Of a DNA stretch of 64,000 nucleotides, positions 50,401 through 63,709 are shown in pieces. Numbering within the stretch: the stretch's first letter is position 1; the number at the start of each line of letters is the position of its first letter. The stretch is taken from assembly GCA_001687465.1 (NCBI GenBank), contig LVLI01000319.1, positions 1 through 64,000 of the forward strand, given 5' to 3'. A model generated the notes under the pieces. It was not told the origin of the DNA, did not search any database, and saw only the letters and a list, made by a program, of their open reading frames with translations. The translations under genes and the position numbers were made by a program. The DNA comes from Halocafeteria seosinensis (taxonomy: Eukaryota).

Positions 50401-50972
50401 GGTCTGCATCCGCTGAAGAACCTGTGAGATTCCGCTCCAAGACTGTCGCTTACGGTAGCCTCACGAGTGACAGATTTAACCCAGACACGCTAATGACTGT
50501 AAGCGAAGAAAATGTTCAGGCAGTCCACTCAGATCGTGACGAACCGAATTATGATTCCGCTGAAGAAGAGAAAAAGAACTTTAAGGCGTTTCTCAGGAAG
50601 TATAAGCAAACAACATCACGCTGGACAAGGCCCCGCCCCCGAACAAGTAGTGGAGCCCGTCCATCGCGTCCTGAAAGTGCTCAAATCGGTACCTCCCCTC
50701 GTGCGAGCAAGCTTGGTAGCGGCGATCGAAGCAGCCCGCGTTCTCGACTACCCCCCAACACTCCCAGGACGATTCGGCATTTTTTTCCTTCTGAGAATTT
50801 TGAAGACACCCAACGTGGAGATGGCTCGGCTTCTTTTATCCACTCAGGAATAAGAAACGGATCAGAGGAAGAAGCTAGTGGCATGGGACCTATCGCCCCG
50901 TTTTCGAACTTCAAAGTACCCGAACAGTCACCGGTAAGCACCCGCTACATGCTGGCTCTAACATATAACTGA
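44442..50972 (+). CDS. Second EF-hand + WD40-repeat protein (WDR49-like) with N-terminal C2-like region, multi-exon
   Basis: VYRRMDANSDGTLTWNEYMSYL (EF hand), LLSLSFDQTLRMWDPF, IWDPRTLKCIQTL, LTAATLDPNERRLITGSIDGSIRIWN, EWQAHDHAI; ORFs joined by GT-AG introns (e.g. 45748-45811). Confidence 0.82.
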
Positions 50973-51487
50973 ATCAACTCGAACTACAAAAATGCAATGG
51001 CTTGCAGAAACTTCCAGAGGAGGCTTACGTAAAATATGAATACTTAGGGAAGGGACGCTGGAGGATACTACCAGAAGATTCCCCACGGAACTACGACGGA
51101 TGGGACAGGTACCGATATATGCAACAAGGAAGCACGTACAGGAGACTGCAAACTTCTCTCCAACAACAATTAAGGGCGCTTTCGTAGATGGCAGCCCCAG
51201 CCTAGCGAAGTAGCTACCGGTTAACTCATGGTGTCACATGGACCGACTGTACAAAAGTACCGAATATGTAATCACCGTGAACTCAATAACACGGAATATC
51301 GCGGTAGACATGCTCCAACTAAATCTTCAGGACAAAACAGCATGCGGCGTGGCATGATCTCGTATTACCAGCTGACTCGTTTGTTTCCTTCCATCGTTTC
51401 TTCTTTGTCTCTACAGGCTCTCCTCTCTACCTTTTTTGTAATAATGTACTACCGCTTTTTGTAATTAGCACTGTTCATTTGAAATTC

Positions 51488-51515
51488 CACACACACACAC
51501 ACACACACACACACA
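51488..51515. repeat. (CA)n microsatellite
   Basis: Perfect CA dinucleotide run read directly from the sequence. Confidence 0.95.
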
Positions 51516-52117
51516 TCCTCGGTAACATTTCCATTGGTTAGTTTTCCATCTGTAAACGCTTAGAGTTCCTATTGCGAGTAGGCTGGACTCCGGGTAGCAC
51601 AAAGTGACGTCAAATTCTTTCCGTTCTCGAAGGTTTGGTACTTGCACACACACACACAACTTGCACAGCAACGCTGAACGGAATTCTGGGCATCTACAGT
51701 ACACACGTGTGTAGCAATCAGGTAGGGAGTTCTCCTTCCCATTCACGTACCTTGAGTCTCAAGTTTCGTTTGATGACCTCATGTAAAGGAGACATATCTG
51801 TATTCACATCATTCGTAAGAGGTTTGTTTTTCGGTCTTTGAACTCCCAAGGCGAAACACCCAAGGCTAAGGGGAAACTGGAGAAGGCATACACCCACTGT
51901 TTATTGTTGATTTCATGGCTTTTTGCCATTCAGTGTAGTTTTCTCTTCTCCATTCAGTGTGTGTGTTATTATTTGTTGTTGTACAGAGGGGGCATCAATT
52001 TTCAGCCTTTGAACTCTGTCTCTGTGGGGAAAAAGGAAAAAAAGAGACAGGCTTGTAGGTTTGGTAGCCAAGCATACACTCAGTGGGGAAGTACAAGTTT
52101 CTTGAAATTTGACCAGC

Positions 52118-53117
<1,000 letters not shown>

Positions 53118-53124
53118 ACCACGC

Positions 53125-54927
53125 TTAGTGGCCCGCTTCTTGGCTCTTGATGCAGTCATCTATCAAATTATTGATTTGCTTCCTTTTGCTTGAACTTAGT
53201 CCTCCCTCATGTAGCATGCGTTTGAGGGTGTTTAGCTTTGCCGCCAGCGATCCGTCGGTGTCCCCCGGCTTTGGAGAGGATTCACGTGGAATAAATGTAC
53301 TTCCACGATATGTTTTCACAAATTCTATTTTCCCTGGATCAGAAGACCCGGTATCCACGCGCTCTCTTTTGTATTCATTGCTTGCCTCCGCACGCCATGT
53401 AGCTGCAGCTCCTGATGAAGCCACGCTTTCGTCAGGATTGAGTTCCGTAGACGAAGCATGCTCTTTTTCCCTACCATAGTCAGCATCTTCGTAATCAACC
53501 TCGACAAACTCATCGCTTTCTTCAATCGTCTTTTCGACACTGACTCTATCTTCAGGGTTCAGGGACAGGTATCTTGAGAAGAAAGGGACACTACACTTAC
53601 CCAACATTCCGTATGAAAGTGACTCTTCAAACGCTACATCGTTTCTGAGTTCAAGAGCCTTCACGAAGATGTGACAAGCAGTGCCGACACTATCTGCCTG
53701 TAAATCAGCTAAAGTAGCAAGACACTGAGGATTTACCAAAGACTTGAGAGTGCTAGACATGCTGACGAGTATCGTTACAGAGATCCACTCTAGAGCCTCC
53801 AGCAAAGATATCCTACCCCATTGGCGCTTAGGTGTTTCTGACGGTGTGCAGAAAATTCCAACCCGACCGCAAAATAGCTCGTCCCACAATTTCAGGAGTT
53901 GCCCTAGTCGGAATTCCCGAATGAAGAGGAGTTTCAGCCACTTCAGCCCATACAACAATGGCTCTACTTGCTCCTTCATTAAGTGCGCATGTAAATCAGG
54001 GGCTAAATAAGCCAAATCTACATCCTGAATTTTGTGGCATATCGTTGTTAGATCTACCGTACCTCCTCGTGTCACCGCTTCGCCGTTGTCACTATCTTCC
54101 TCAACTTCTTCCTCCACCCAAACTTCGCCCTTCATGCACGGGTCAAAATGTGAGCTATGGAAGTTAGCAGAGTTTATACCCAAGTCTCTTCCTGAATACG
54201 CTTCTTGCATTGGACAGTATATAGGTCGCAACTCTCTCATCAAGGATTCAAATAGTGTGTACGTGTCCGCTTCAATGTAGGTTAAACTGGCCAGCTCCTG
54301 TAGTTGTGAAAATTCGTCTGACTGAAATTCAGATGCATTCGATGCATCCGCAACAACTACGAATGCCAATTTTTGAACAATCTCATGCAGTCCTTGGTGG
54401 TACCCAGTGTCTTCATGGGCTGAACACCAAATATACAACACACGGCGAACAATCCGCGAAATAGCTCTACTCACCGGTAATGCTAAATCTAACGGAGGAA
54501 GACGAATGCTGTCCACATTAATTGAGTTTTCAAGAACTGTCGACTTCTTTGATGACGTTTGCCAAGAGGTTCCGTTGAAAGAATTGAAGTTCAGACACGC
54601 AACTGGCACATCTGTATCGAGCTCCTCAGTGGAAGAGTCCCCCTGGAGCAGAATTTCGGGATGGGGAGGTTCTAACCCGTCAACTTCAGAAAAGGTGTTA
54701 TACAACTTGTCGTATTTGTGGCGATGTTGGCACAATTTCTTTCCCAACTGGTCCCAGCAATTTTCCTCCGTACCGTTCGTTTCGCGGGAGTCTTGCGGAT
54801 GCACTAAGAAACATAACTTCCATATCAGACTCCTTCCAGGAAAAACAGTTTGATTATTCGATTTGTGTGCAGAAAGAAAAGCCTTTCCGACTTCTTCCAC
54901 GCTTCGACTTTTCAATAGTTGCTCCAT
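53125..54927 (-). CDS. TBC-domain Rab GTPase-activating protein (TBC1D5-like)
   Basis: RSLIWKL, INVDSIR (IxxDxxR Arg finger), RRVLYIW...GYHQGLHEI (Gln finger), IEADTYTLFESLM, YGLKWLKLLFIREF...LKLWDELF. Confidence 0.88.
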   Translation of the reverse strand: MEQLLKSRSVEEVGKAFLSAHKSNNQTVFPGRSLIWKLCFLVHPQDSRETNGTEENCWDQLGKKLCQHRHKYDKLYNTFSEVDGLEPPHPEILLQGDSSTEELDTDVPVACLNFNSFNGTSWQTSSKKSTVLENSINVDSIRLPPLDLALPVSRAISRIVRRVLYIWCSAHEDTGYHQGLHEIVQKLAFVVVADASNASEFQSDEFSQLQELASLTYIEADTYTLFESLMRELRPIYCPMQEAYSGRDLGINSANFHSSHFDPCMKGEVWVEEEVEEDSDNGEAVTRGGTVDLTTICHKIQDVDLAYLAPDLHAHLMKEQVEPLLYGLKWLKLLFIREFRLGQLLKLWDELFCGRVGIFCTPSETPKRQWGRISLLEALEWISVTILVSMSSTLKSLVNPQCLATLADLQADSVGTACHIFVKALELRNDVAFEESLSYGMLGKCSVPFFSRYLSLNPEDRVSVEKTIEESDEFVEVDYEDADYGREKEHASSTELNPDESVASSGAAATWRAEASNEYKRERVDTGSSDPGKIEFVKTYRGSTFIPRESSPKPGDTDGSLAAKLNTLKRMLHEGGLSSSKRKQINNLIDDCIKSQEAGH

Positions 54928-55443
54928 AGTGAGCTTGTTGAAAGTTAGACTGGCGGAGAATGCTAATTTGAATTCAGCGATCAACGTATTTCCTACGTCT
55001 CACGTATGAGATTCTCAAGCGGTGTGGAATAGCTTAATATGAATACAGTAAGTTTTGATTGACCTGTGCGACTTTGATGCCGATGGTGTTCTCTTCGTCG
55101 GCAATGCGCTGCAGCAAATTGAAGTCTCTTAGCTCACGGAGGTGAGCGACCCGGATTCCCACAGCTTAAATAAGGTGTTAAACTTGTTACTCCACCCAGA
55201 AACGTGCAAGGATGGAATGTTAGCATAATTTACTTGTGCGAGGTACGATATCGTGTGAAAGAGTGAATTGACAATCTATCACGCGTTTGACATACTGAAA
55301 TACAGCATTGAAGTTGAAGCCTAAGGCTTCTCGTTCTGGCTTGAAGTGGAAGCCAACTGGCTATTACACATTGCGCACTTCAAATAGTGCGAAGCAGAGC
55401 ATAGAATTTGCGGTAAGTAAGTTCTCCTTGTGTGACGAGACGG

Positions 55444-57506
55444 TTAAGTATCTCCTTCGTGTGAGTTCTCGTATGTCTTCTCTAATGAGCGAGGAAGAAG
55501 TAGCGTGAGAAGCGACACGCCACCGGCCATGACCGACCCTAGATAAAAAATGAAATGATAGTCCAGGGGAAACGGCAAACCATTCGTCATCGTCCAGGCA
55601 AATATAACAGCTCCTATGGAAGGGCCGACACTCTTTCCGAACGATCCGAGTGTCATCGCGAGACCATTCATTGCTCCTCTCTGTTCGCGCGGTACTGAGT
55701 TATTGATTAGGCGGAAATTGGATGTAAAGGCACAGGTAGCTGATGCCATTCTAAGAAATGCCCCAACGATTAAGAGAGCGAATCTCTGCATACGCCAAAG
55801 AAGAGATTAGACATGTCTAGGGCTCTTAACAAATTTATAAGCCTTACCACTCCTTTTGCATGAGGCAATGAAATTGTAGGAAATACAATCGACAACGGCA
55901 CTTGAAAGGCGGTTCCATAGCGGAATAGACGCACTGGCCCTACTGCATTATCAAGTTTGCTGTATATGCAAAGCTGAAATATCAAAAGAAGCGACCCCAT
56001 AGCAACAAAGACGGTTCCCACCAAGGATGTGCCCAGCCCAAGCCCACCGTCTGACGCCTTAGCCAGGGCGTACAATGGTAGTACATCACCGATCATGATT
56101 TGCACTAGGCTCCATGTCGTGTAGAGGCCAAGAACCAACCGGACAGTTTTATCTCCTAACAAATTCAATTCTTTGTGTTCCGATTTCTCGTTCACTGCGG
56201 GTTCCTCGTCTTCCGGCCTCTTCTCACGAGAGCTACTACCTTGTGTTTGTCCCTCTAAACTGTCACTTGGCTCGTCCATCTCCTCAGGAGACGCAAATTC
56301 AAACGGAGAGCCTTCGTCTTCCCCCAATTCTGGCTCGTCCCTGACATCTTCGAATATTCTCCCACTGGCTCCCAAATCTTGTTTGCTTCTGCTGCTGCTG
56401 TCCATGTGCTCGACGTCCACATTATTAGCTTCCGCGCTATCTTCTACAAGCTTGCCATACTTAACCTTTCGTAGAGCTGTATCATTTTCAACAGTAGAAT
56501 TCCCAGAAAATTCTTTGGATGGGGAATAGTAGTCGCGGTCCTTTTCTGGGGTTCTTGCTACCGCAAACATCAGCCAGTTGCTCGCGTTGTACATACAGCC
56601 TAGAGAGCCGACACTAGCATGTACTTTGGATTGGTTGCTGTGCCTTGCCGATGCTGATAACGTTTCAGGAAGCCAATATATACACGTAATCCAACTCGCT
56701 AGGCCAATCAAACCCGATATAAGACATGGAAGTAGAAACGGGAAGTCGCGAAGAATGCCTACCTCAGCGAAGACAGAAGGATACTTCGATACCGGCTGAG
56801 ACAATAGGCCGCCAAACGCTGGACCTATTGCAAGACCCAGCCCCCAAGTGGCTGTCACTGTCGCCATTCCTTTGGCCTGTTGCTTTTCCGAACAGATTTC
56901 AGAAACACACGTCTTGGCAGTCCCAACGACACCATTCATCATTCCTGACAGCAATCTGATGATCACAGCCCAACTATAGCTGAAGCTAAATCCGAAGGCA
57001 GTGCTTAAGAAAATTAAAGAAAAGCTTCCGAAGGCTAGAACAGGCTTTCTACCATGTATATCACTCCAGTTACCCCAAGCAAAACTTGACAGCGTTCTTC
57101 CAACCATAAACGCACTGGTCACATACCCAGCATAGAACCCATACTCGTTCTCGTTGCTCGCCATCCCCAATTGTTGAACCATGGGTCCCACAAACGGGAA
57201 AAGCATTGTCATACTAAAAGCACTACTGAATAAAACCACACTGAGCGTAAACACCTGTAAGATAGGAAATGGCTTGTCATCTTCCTCCGTCACCTCGTCC
57301 GTGTCGATACCATCCACCTCGTCCCTCGTTTGATGCTCGCCATTGTGATGCAATAGTGTCTCTCTGTCGTCAACCTCCTCCTCCTCATTGTCTTCGCCTC
57401 TCTCCTGCCTGTCTTTTCTGACTTGTGGTACTATCTCGATGGCTGAAGACCTATTGTCAGGGGCTTCCTCCGTGGATGTTCCACGGCGTCTCGTCCCTGT
57501 CGGCAT
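55444..57506 (-). CDS. Major facilitator superfamily transporter (ZIF1/ZIFL-like), intron near 55788-55850
   Basis: LFPFVGPMV, GFYAGYVTSAFMVGR, WGNWSDIHGRKPVL (MFS motif A), GLAIGPAFGGLLSQP, INNSVPREQRGAMNGLA; two TM bundles separated by a long loop. Confidence 0.93.
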
Positions 57507-59055
57507 CTTTCTACCGCCACTCTATTGAAGCTGAGAGTCCGATGGAATCTTGACGGAAGCACCCAAGGAGATAATGGACCAGGGGAATCTCGGCAAACTT
57601 TGATGAGATAATCAACTCCACCTAGGTTCACATACGAACAGGCGGGGAAATGAGTGCCTATTATTATTGACCTCTGCAAGATCTTGTGCTGTGATAATAC
57701 AGTGCCTGCCTTCCTATGTGAATCGTACAAGACAGTGTATATTCGCAATGCCATTCAAGTCAGTGATGGGATAGGCGTGCATAAGACAGGGGACTTATTT
57801 GTGAAGTCTCCTGGTGGTGTCCGTCACTCGGTGATTTGATACTCCAATCTCGAACTTGGTTCATTGAACGAACCGGGTATTCCTCGTGTTGTAATTTCAA
57901 AACCAGAAGAAACGAATTATTTAGCTACCTAAAACAGGTTTCGAGCATGGGTTCGCAAACCACGGACTATACATATATGTATTTCACACAGTCGTCATCA
58001 TGGAAGCTTTCATGCCTACCGCGTCACACTCTTTCGACGGTTTATTATCTTTACTACCCCATGAATCGTATGGGAGTGTGATTGAGTCGAATCTTTAAAT
58101 AAGATATACTTGTCGATGCCCATGTTTCGCGACTTCTCTACATCATTAAACCGCATGTCAATGTCACCATCCGTTATATGTAGAGACCGTTGCATCCCAT
58201 GCAAGGATTTGAAGAAAATCGTAGCAGGGAATTTATATGTGGAAAATCCGGAAACTCTACGTTGGAATTGCACCTTCGAACGAAGTTTGGGTCAAACTGA
58301 TTCAAGCAGACGTCGACGCCAACGAAAACTTCTCGAAGGCAAAATCAAATTGCTAACCAAAACTCGAATCATAATAGTTTACTTGCAGGAATTCAATATC
58401 TCTACTGAACGCTGCAAGCTCCATTCGTTCGGAAACTCTGGCCGCCAGAGTCTGGGCGGCGAGTAAAGGCTGCGAGTCGCACATAGCTTCCCGGAAGTGC
58501 CAATCGTGCTGTGTTCTTGGCAACCCACACGGGGCTTATCTTTCAGTTTTCTTTCCCTTGAAATATATCGTCAACATCAGCTGTCGGACAGAAAAATGTC
58601 TGTAGTTCGTTCGTGATGGCAGAAGAGTCTGACAATTTGGCAAGTGGATGCTACTGGCTACCGGCATGTTCGAACAATCTCATTGAACAATACAAATGCG
58701 TTAAGATAGATGTGCACTGTTCTTTTATCCGTCTACAGCAAACTTTTTTCTCTGACCATCAGCTGAAACCGGTTGGCCACCCCAGGCAGTTTCGCTGAAG
58801 TTGGCTGAGTATTACGCTGCGGAGTTGGCCGCAGTACCATGAACAAACCAATCATTGGTAATTTATGGAACCTGAATTTTTTAATTCAGCTCCCCAAGAC
58901 TTCCCTCACACCGAAGCAGGTGCGAATCACAAACACATTGCATTGTCTGGTACTCGCACGTAGAACGAAGACATTCGCTGCTTCCCATTTGCTTTCCTAG
59001 AACTTCGGTTTTGAATCGTTCGTCGCCTGTCTGTTCAGGATATTCGCCAAGTACA

Positions 59056-60336
59056 ATGTCTCTTCAAAGGAAGAGACGCCTTGACAAATGCGATATCCGC
59101 TTTGGATCCCCAGTAGATGATTCGCCTCTGTACATGTAAGCCTAGTTTATTAAAGACCTGGATTCCCAGTGACACGCCTACTCATATTCTCCCTATGATC
59201 TACAGCAACAGCGATACAATGCATAGGAGAGAAGCAGGAGGAACGTCGTCAGCTCCAACAGCAGTGATTGATACCAAACATTCGTAAGTGGTGTCTCTCT
59301 CCAACGAAGGTGAGTTAACGTAGAACACCCAACACATACAGGAGGCGCCGTCAAGTTCAAAACTTATCTGAACAAAAACGAGCGAAAAAAATCCGCAAGG
59401 AAATTGATAAAATGGAGCACCTATTGAATGTAAGGCATGCACAAGCTTACCTAGGAGACTCTCCAAATACCTAGTGTCGCTTTCCTGCAGCGCGCAAACA
59501 AGCAGCCTAGAACTGACAGACACTCAATACTTGCAAGTACAGTGAGTTATATAGAGGAGCTTGAGGGCAAACTAGCGTCGGCTAACAAGCACGTAGGTGA
59601 CCCAAGAGGTAAGTATGAGCCCTTATGTCCTACGTTTCTTCATGTTTACACAGTGCCCACACCCACAGCTAACGTTTACCCGGTCGCTTTCAAATACCAC
59701 GGGCTTCCTCAAGTAATAGTCTCATCGAATGACTTTTTGCTTGACTGCAACAAAATGTTCCATTGGTTGACAGGCCTCCACCGAGATGAGGTTATAGGAC
59801 GGTCCCTGAGCAGTGTTTTTCCCGGTCTAAGGTTCCAAAAAGTTCAGGAGATGATTCGGTTGTCAAAATACTTCGATAGTGACATGTGTTCTCATTCATG
59901 TCGGCAGCGCTGTCTGTGCAAGTATCACACAACAGAAGTGTTCCTCTCTGTTTCCTTGGTGCGCCATCATCCATATGACACGACATCTCTCGTACTCACT
60001 GTTTTGCCTTTGATCTACACTGACGCTCCAGACGGTAGTACGTACATGCTGAACGATGACGGTCAACTAAGGATTGCAGCGCAGGGCATAGTCGAGGATA
60101 GAACCGAATGCTCCCTACGCTTCACCGGATACAGAGTGGATCATCCAAGCAGCATCTTTGATCCACCAGCTAACACTTCTACGACTCCTAGTCGCCTTGA
60201 TACCACAGGAAACGTGGACAATGTTGCAGAGGAGGAAGCGCACACAGGACAGTTAGCTTTAGAGCCAGAGTCTCCTGGCACACATGGCGATCCATTCTTC
60301 ACGCAGTTGAGTGACTGGCCTCCTCCAGGTATATGA
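59056..60336 (+). CDS. bHLH-PAS transcription factor, copy 1 (multi-exon; 5' exons absent from ORF track)
   Basis: Manual splicing gives RRRQVQNLSEQKRAKKIRKEIDKMEHLLN|RANKQPRTDRHSILASTVSYIEELE (bHLH), then PAS YPVAFKYHGLPQVIVSSNDFLLDCNKMFHWLTGLHRDEVIGRS. Confidence 0.82.
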
Positions 60337-60954
60337 GTAACTTTCCAACTCAGGACCACTCTTAGTTAAACTGAACGTCCAATGGAACCTTGATGGAACC
60401 ATCTAATGCGCAGCATGCCAAACTTTGGCAAGAACGCTTGTTCAGGACCCTCCTAAACCGAGGTCAGATAATATTTTGTGTTGATTCATTGAGATTAACA
60501 AACTACCAATGGGATACTGATGTATGATTCATTGATCTGCATCAATAGCACGAGTTGCTGGCAGCATGTGGTACTGGAAGACATCTGCCGTGCTGTAGTT
60601 TCACAGAGCACCGCCTCTTTCGATATAGAACTGAAACGCTCTTGCATTCCACATTTTACGACTTAGCGTAACATGTAGACTATATTATGCAGTACCTGAT
60701 ACCCACCTGTAGACACAAACTAAAGTACTGCCTAGAGGGAGCAAGGCAGGGGCTCTCTTCTTCCTGCCTTGACCGAATGACGTAGGAATGGATGGACCTG
60801 ATTAACAACCCATCCTCACATGATACCATTTTCATGCTATCGTGGAAACTTCCATAGCGACTCTTTTCTTCTGTTTCTCTGGCCAGACACGCGTCAAGCC
60901 GGCTTCTGAAGCACCATGGAGTCATGATGAACATGTCCGGTTGCGCCACATACC

Positions 60955-60973
60955 TGTGTCTGTGTGTGTGTGT

Positions 60974-61017
<44 letters not shown>
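60955..61017. repeat. Imperfect (TG)n microsatellite between the bHLH-PAS copies
   Basis: TG run with two TC interruptions read directly from the sequence. Confidence 0.95.
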
Positions 61018-61019
<2 letters not shown>

Positions 61020-61494
61020 CACATATATACGGTACCATCAAAAGCCTATCCGGCTGATGCAGTGGCCAAAACCACTGTACACAACTGTCGCTTAAACAAT
61101 CATAGTACGTGACCTTAGTGTATCATCCAATTCATGTTCATCAATCTAGACGCGGTCTTGTGAGTCCTGGGTTGAAACGCCCCGGCTTCCGCGTGGAAGC
61201 TGCAACGTAATACGCCACTACGCGGACTGCGTCGCGGAGATGCTGTCCATGTCACATTCAATGGTGGAGTACACTATCCTCTCAACACGTGTGAGCATTC
61301 GTGGGTTTGATTACCTACAGACTGATCCAACCACAAACTTAATTTGATTCATATCTTTTCCGTAGAGGGTTTCATGTGTTTGCCTGTCCCCACGGGCCCT
61401 GAACTGCTGTAGTGCTTGCGAGCTTGGGAAAGAGAGGCGGCAATTGTTCCACTCGTTCAACTAGCTACAAAGAGAAGAACGAAAAAGAACTAAG

Positions 61495-62906
61495 ATGAAG
61501 CGTGTTCGAAGAACGGATCAAACACCGTCAACAGAGGGCTCTGGCAACAGGTAAGTCATGCTGCTTCGAAGATTCGAGCTGGTTGTATGGTATTCCATTA
61601 ACACCCCTCCGTCGTCTCTTAGCAGAGACTCAGACGATGATCATGACCCCGAAACACTCAGCGGAAGAGGAAATAGGAGGAAAAAGAGTGTTAGACCTGG
61701 AGAAAAGGATAAATTTGGGTACGGAGCGTTGTTTTCTACACAAGGACTTGATGCTTCCGTGTTCATCCATCTCTGCAGAAACGACCGCTTCACCCATAAT
61801 CTAGCTGAGAAACGACGCTCAGAACGAATAAGGAAACAAGTGCAGCACTTGGAAGAGATGCTCAAAGTACGTGTACTGCGATAATCTGCAACTGTGCATG
61901 AACTTGCTTGAACATCGATCCCTCTGCAGCAAGCGGGAAGAGAGAGTAAGAGGGATCGAAGCTCCATCCTAGCGAGCACAGCATCTTATATCAAGGAATT
62001 AGAACAGTCAATCGCATCGATGCGGGAATCGTCTAACTGTACGTTTTATGTAAGGCACATTCCCCCAAGCATGAAAATACTTTATCCGGTTTTTGTACAT
62101 AAGCAGTGGCCATGACCACCCCTGCGACACCATTTGCTACTAGCATGAGCAGATACGGGAAAGTCGATGCGGCCCTGGACTATCACTCCCTCTTCGTCGC
62201 TGAAGGGCTGCCGAAAGCTGTTGCCTCACTGAGTGGCAAGTTCTTGGACTGTAATGCAATGTTTACGTGGCTGACGGGATACTCTCGAGACAAGCTCACT
62301 AGTTTGTCGTTCTTCGATCTAACTCCTGAGCGAGAGCTAAACAAGACCCAAGCAATGGTTGGAGAATTGCTATCTCTCTGCCAAGGTGAATGTAGTTACA
62401 ACGGATGCTGTTCGAAATCCTTTCGAAAGGAATGTATCTTCAATGACAGACTGGAAGAAGTTTACATTATTCTGTCGTTGGTTTGCAAAGAACAAGGGTC
62501 TCCTCAGCATTTTGCCTGCACGGTGCTCCCGCTGGTATATGCGGACGCCAGAGCTCAGTCTGTGTTCTGCGTAGACGTCGATGGGAAGGCGGAACGGACG
62601 AAGTCCCTTCCCACGACAGGCTCGAACTGCTGCTCATTGTCGTTTACCCACCATCCTCAAGTACCGGTTGGAACGCAGTCCACTCAAGGAAACAGCTCGT
62701 CCTTACAGATACATGGGGGACAGGTTCCGTCTATAGCCATACCTGAACACGTCCCCGACGAATCATTTGACACTTATTCGGACATGAATGAATTGAATTT
62801 CCCGGCAACGGGCATGGACCACTCTGGAAGTGAGTTCTTTGGGACGCCGTGGAGCCAACCGACCTCGGAGGATAATCCATTTCCATCGTCCACCTATTTT
62901 GGATAG
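61495..62906 (+). CDS. bHLH-PAS transcription factor, copy 2 (multi-exon)
   Basis: DRFTHNLAEKRRSERIRKQVQHLEEMLK|QAGRESKRDRSSILASTASYIKELE (bHLH) and YHSLFVAEGLPKAVASLSGKFLDCNAMFTWLTGYSRDKLTSLSFFDLT (PAS). Confidence 0.88.
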
Positions 62907-63709
62907 CGGCACTTGAATCATTAAAATTATGCATATTTCGTGTTTTCGCGCGACAACGTGTGCTCGCGCGTCTTGTTCCATGCAACTATCCATGGACGTC
63001 TTCCGGTAGGAGCAATACCATAGGATAGGATACAGTTTTAGCATTTAGTTCTCTGCTTTCCACCTCAACGACGAATGTCAAACCGATATCAGAAGTCGCC
63101 TCCCCCTATCTTTATGGAAGCGTCGCCACTCAATTTACTTTCCATTCCGATGGTCTGTTTGCACAATATCGAGCACCATATAATTGCACAACTCTCAAAT
63201 CGTCGTGAAAGTGCACGCGTATGAGTTTATATACTGTAGTGCTCCTACCGGAAAGAATCTAGTCTACATGATACACTGCTAAACCCCTCCAGTAATCAAT
63301 CCAGTGTCCTCACGTAGAGGCTTATCAACGCTATAGGCTATAGCCCGCATAGTGCAACCTGATTCCGCACCTGTCGTGCTGTGTAAATAGCTCCGATACG
63401 CTGCTTCCGCTGCTGAAGTTCCGAGCCGCAGCATGATGTTGTACTTCAATAATGGCATTCAACGGTGGAGCCAAAGAGCCCCACACTTGCAAGTTTAGAA
63501 AGCTAATTTGGAGTCGAACTTTTTTGGCAAAATTTTGGGAGTACTTTCCCCAAGATACTCCGGTGTTGTTCGTTTTCCCTCTGCTGCCTGCTTAACGGAA
63601 GATTGAACAGCGAGCCGTGCCATACGAGCAAAACCATTTGTGTTCGTTCGATAGTGGGACGCCCAGTACTGTTCCAACAAGCAGGAAGTTCCCAAAGCTC
63701 CAGGGAACG

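Noticed and set aside
51002..51187. 61-aa ORF downstream of the second WD40 gene
   Set aside because: Non-ATG start in the ORF track and no recognisable motif; probably UTR or intergenic.
57520..59000. Short ORFs between the MFS and bHLH-PAS genes (e.g. 58016-58273, minus strand)
   Set aside because: No family motif or convincing start; insufficient support.
59206..59270. Apparent in-frame TAG/TGA suggesting bHLH-PAS copy 1 is a pseudogene or uses readthrough
   Set aside because: With the phase-2 donor at 59136 the exon is read in an open frame (INSDTMHRREAGG...), and the true basic region lies in the next exon.
60680..61112. ORFs with HT/CV dipeptide runs
   Set aside because: Artefacts of translating the (TG)n microsatellite.
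61286..61291. CACGTG E-box upstream of bHLH-PAS copy 2 as an autoregulatory site
   Set aside because: A single 6-mer is expected by chance, and both proteins lack Arg13, which is usually needed for CACGTG preference.
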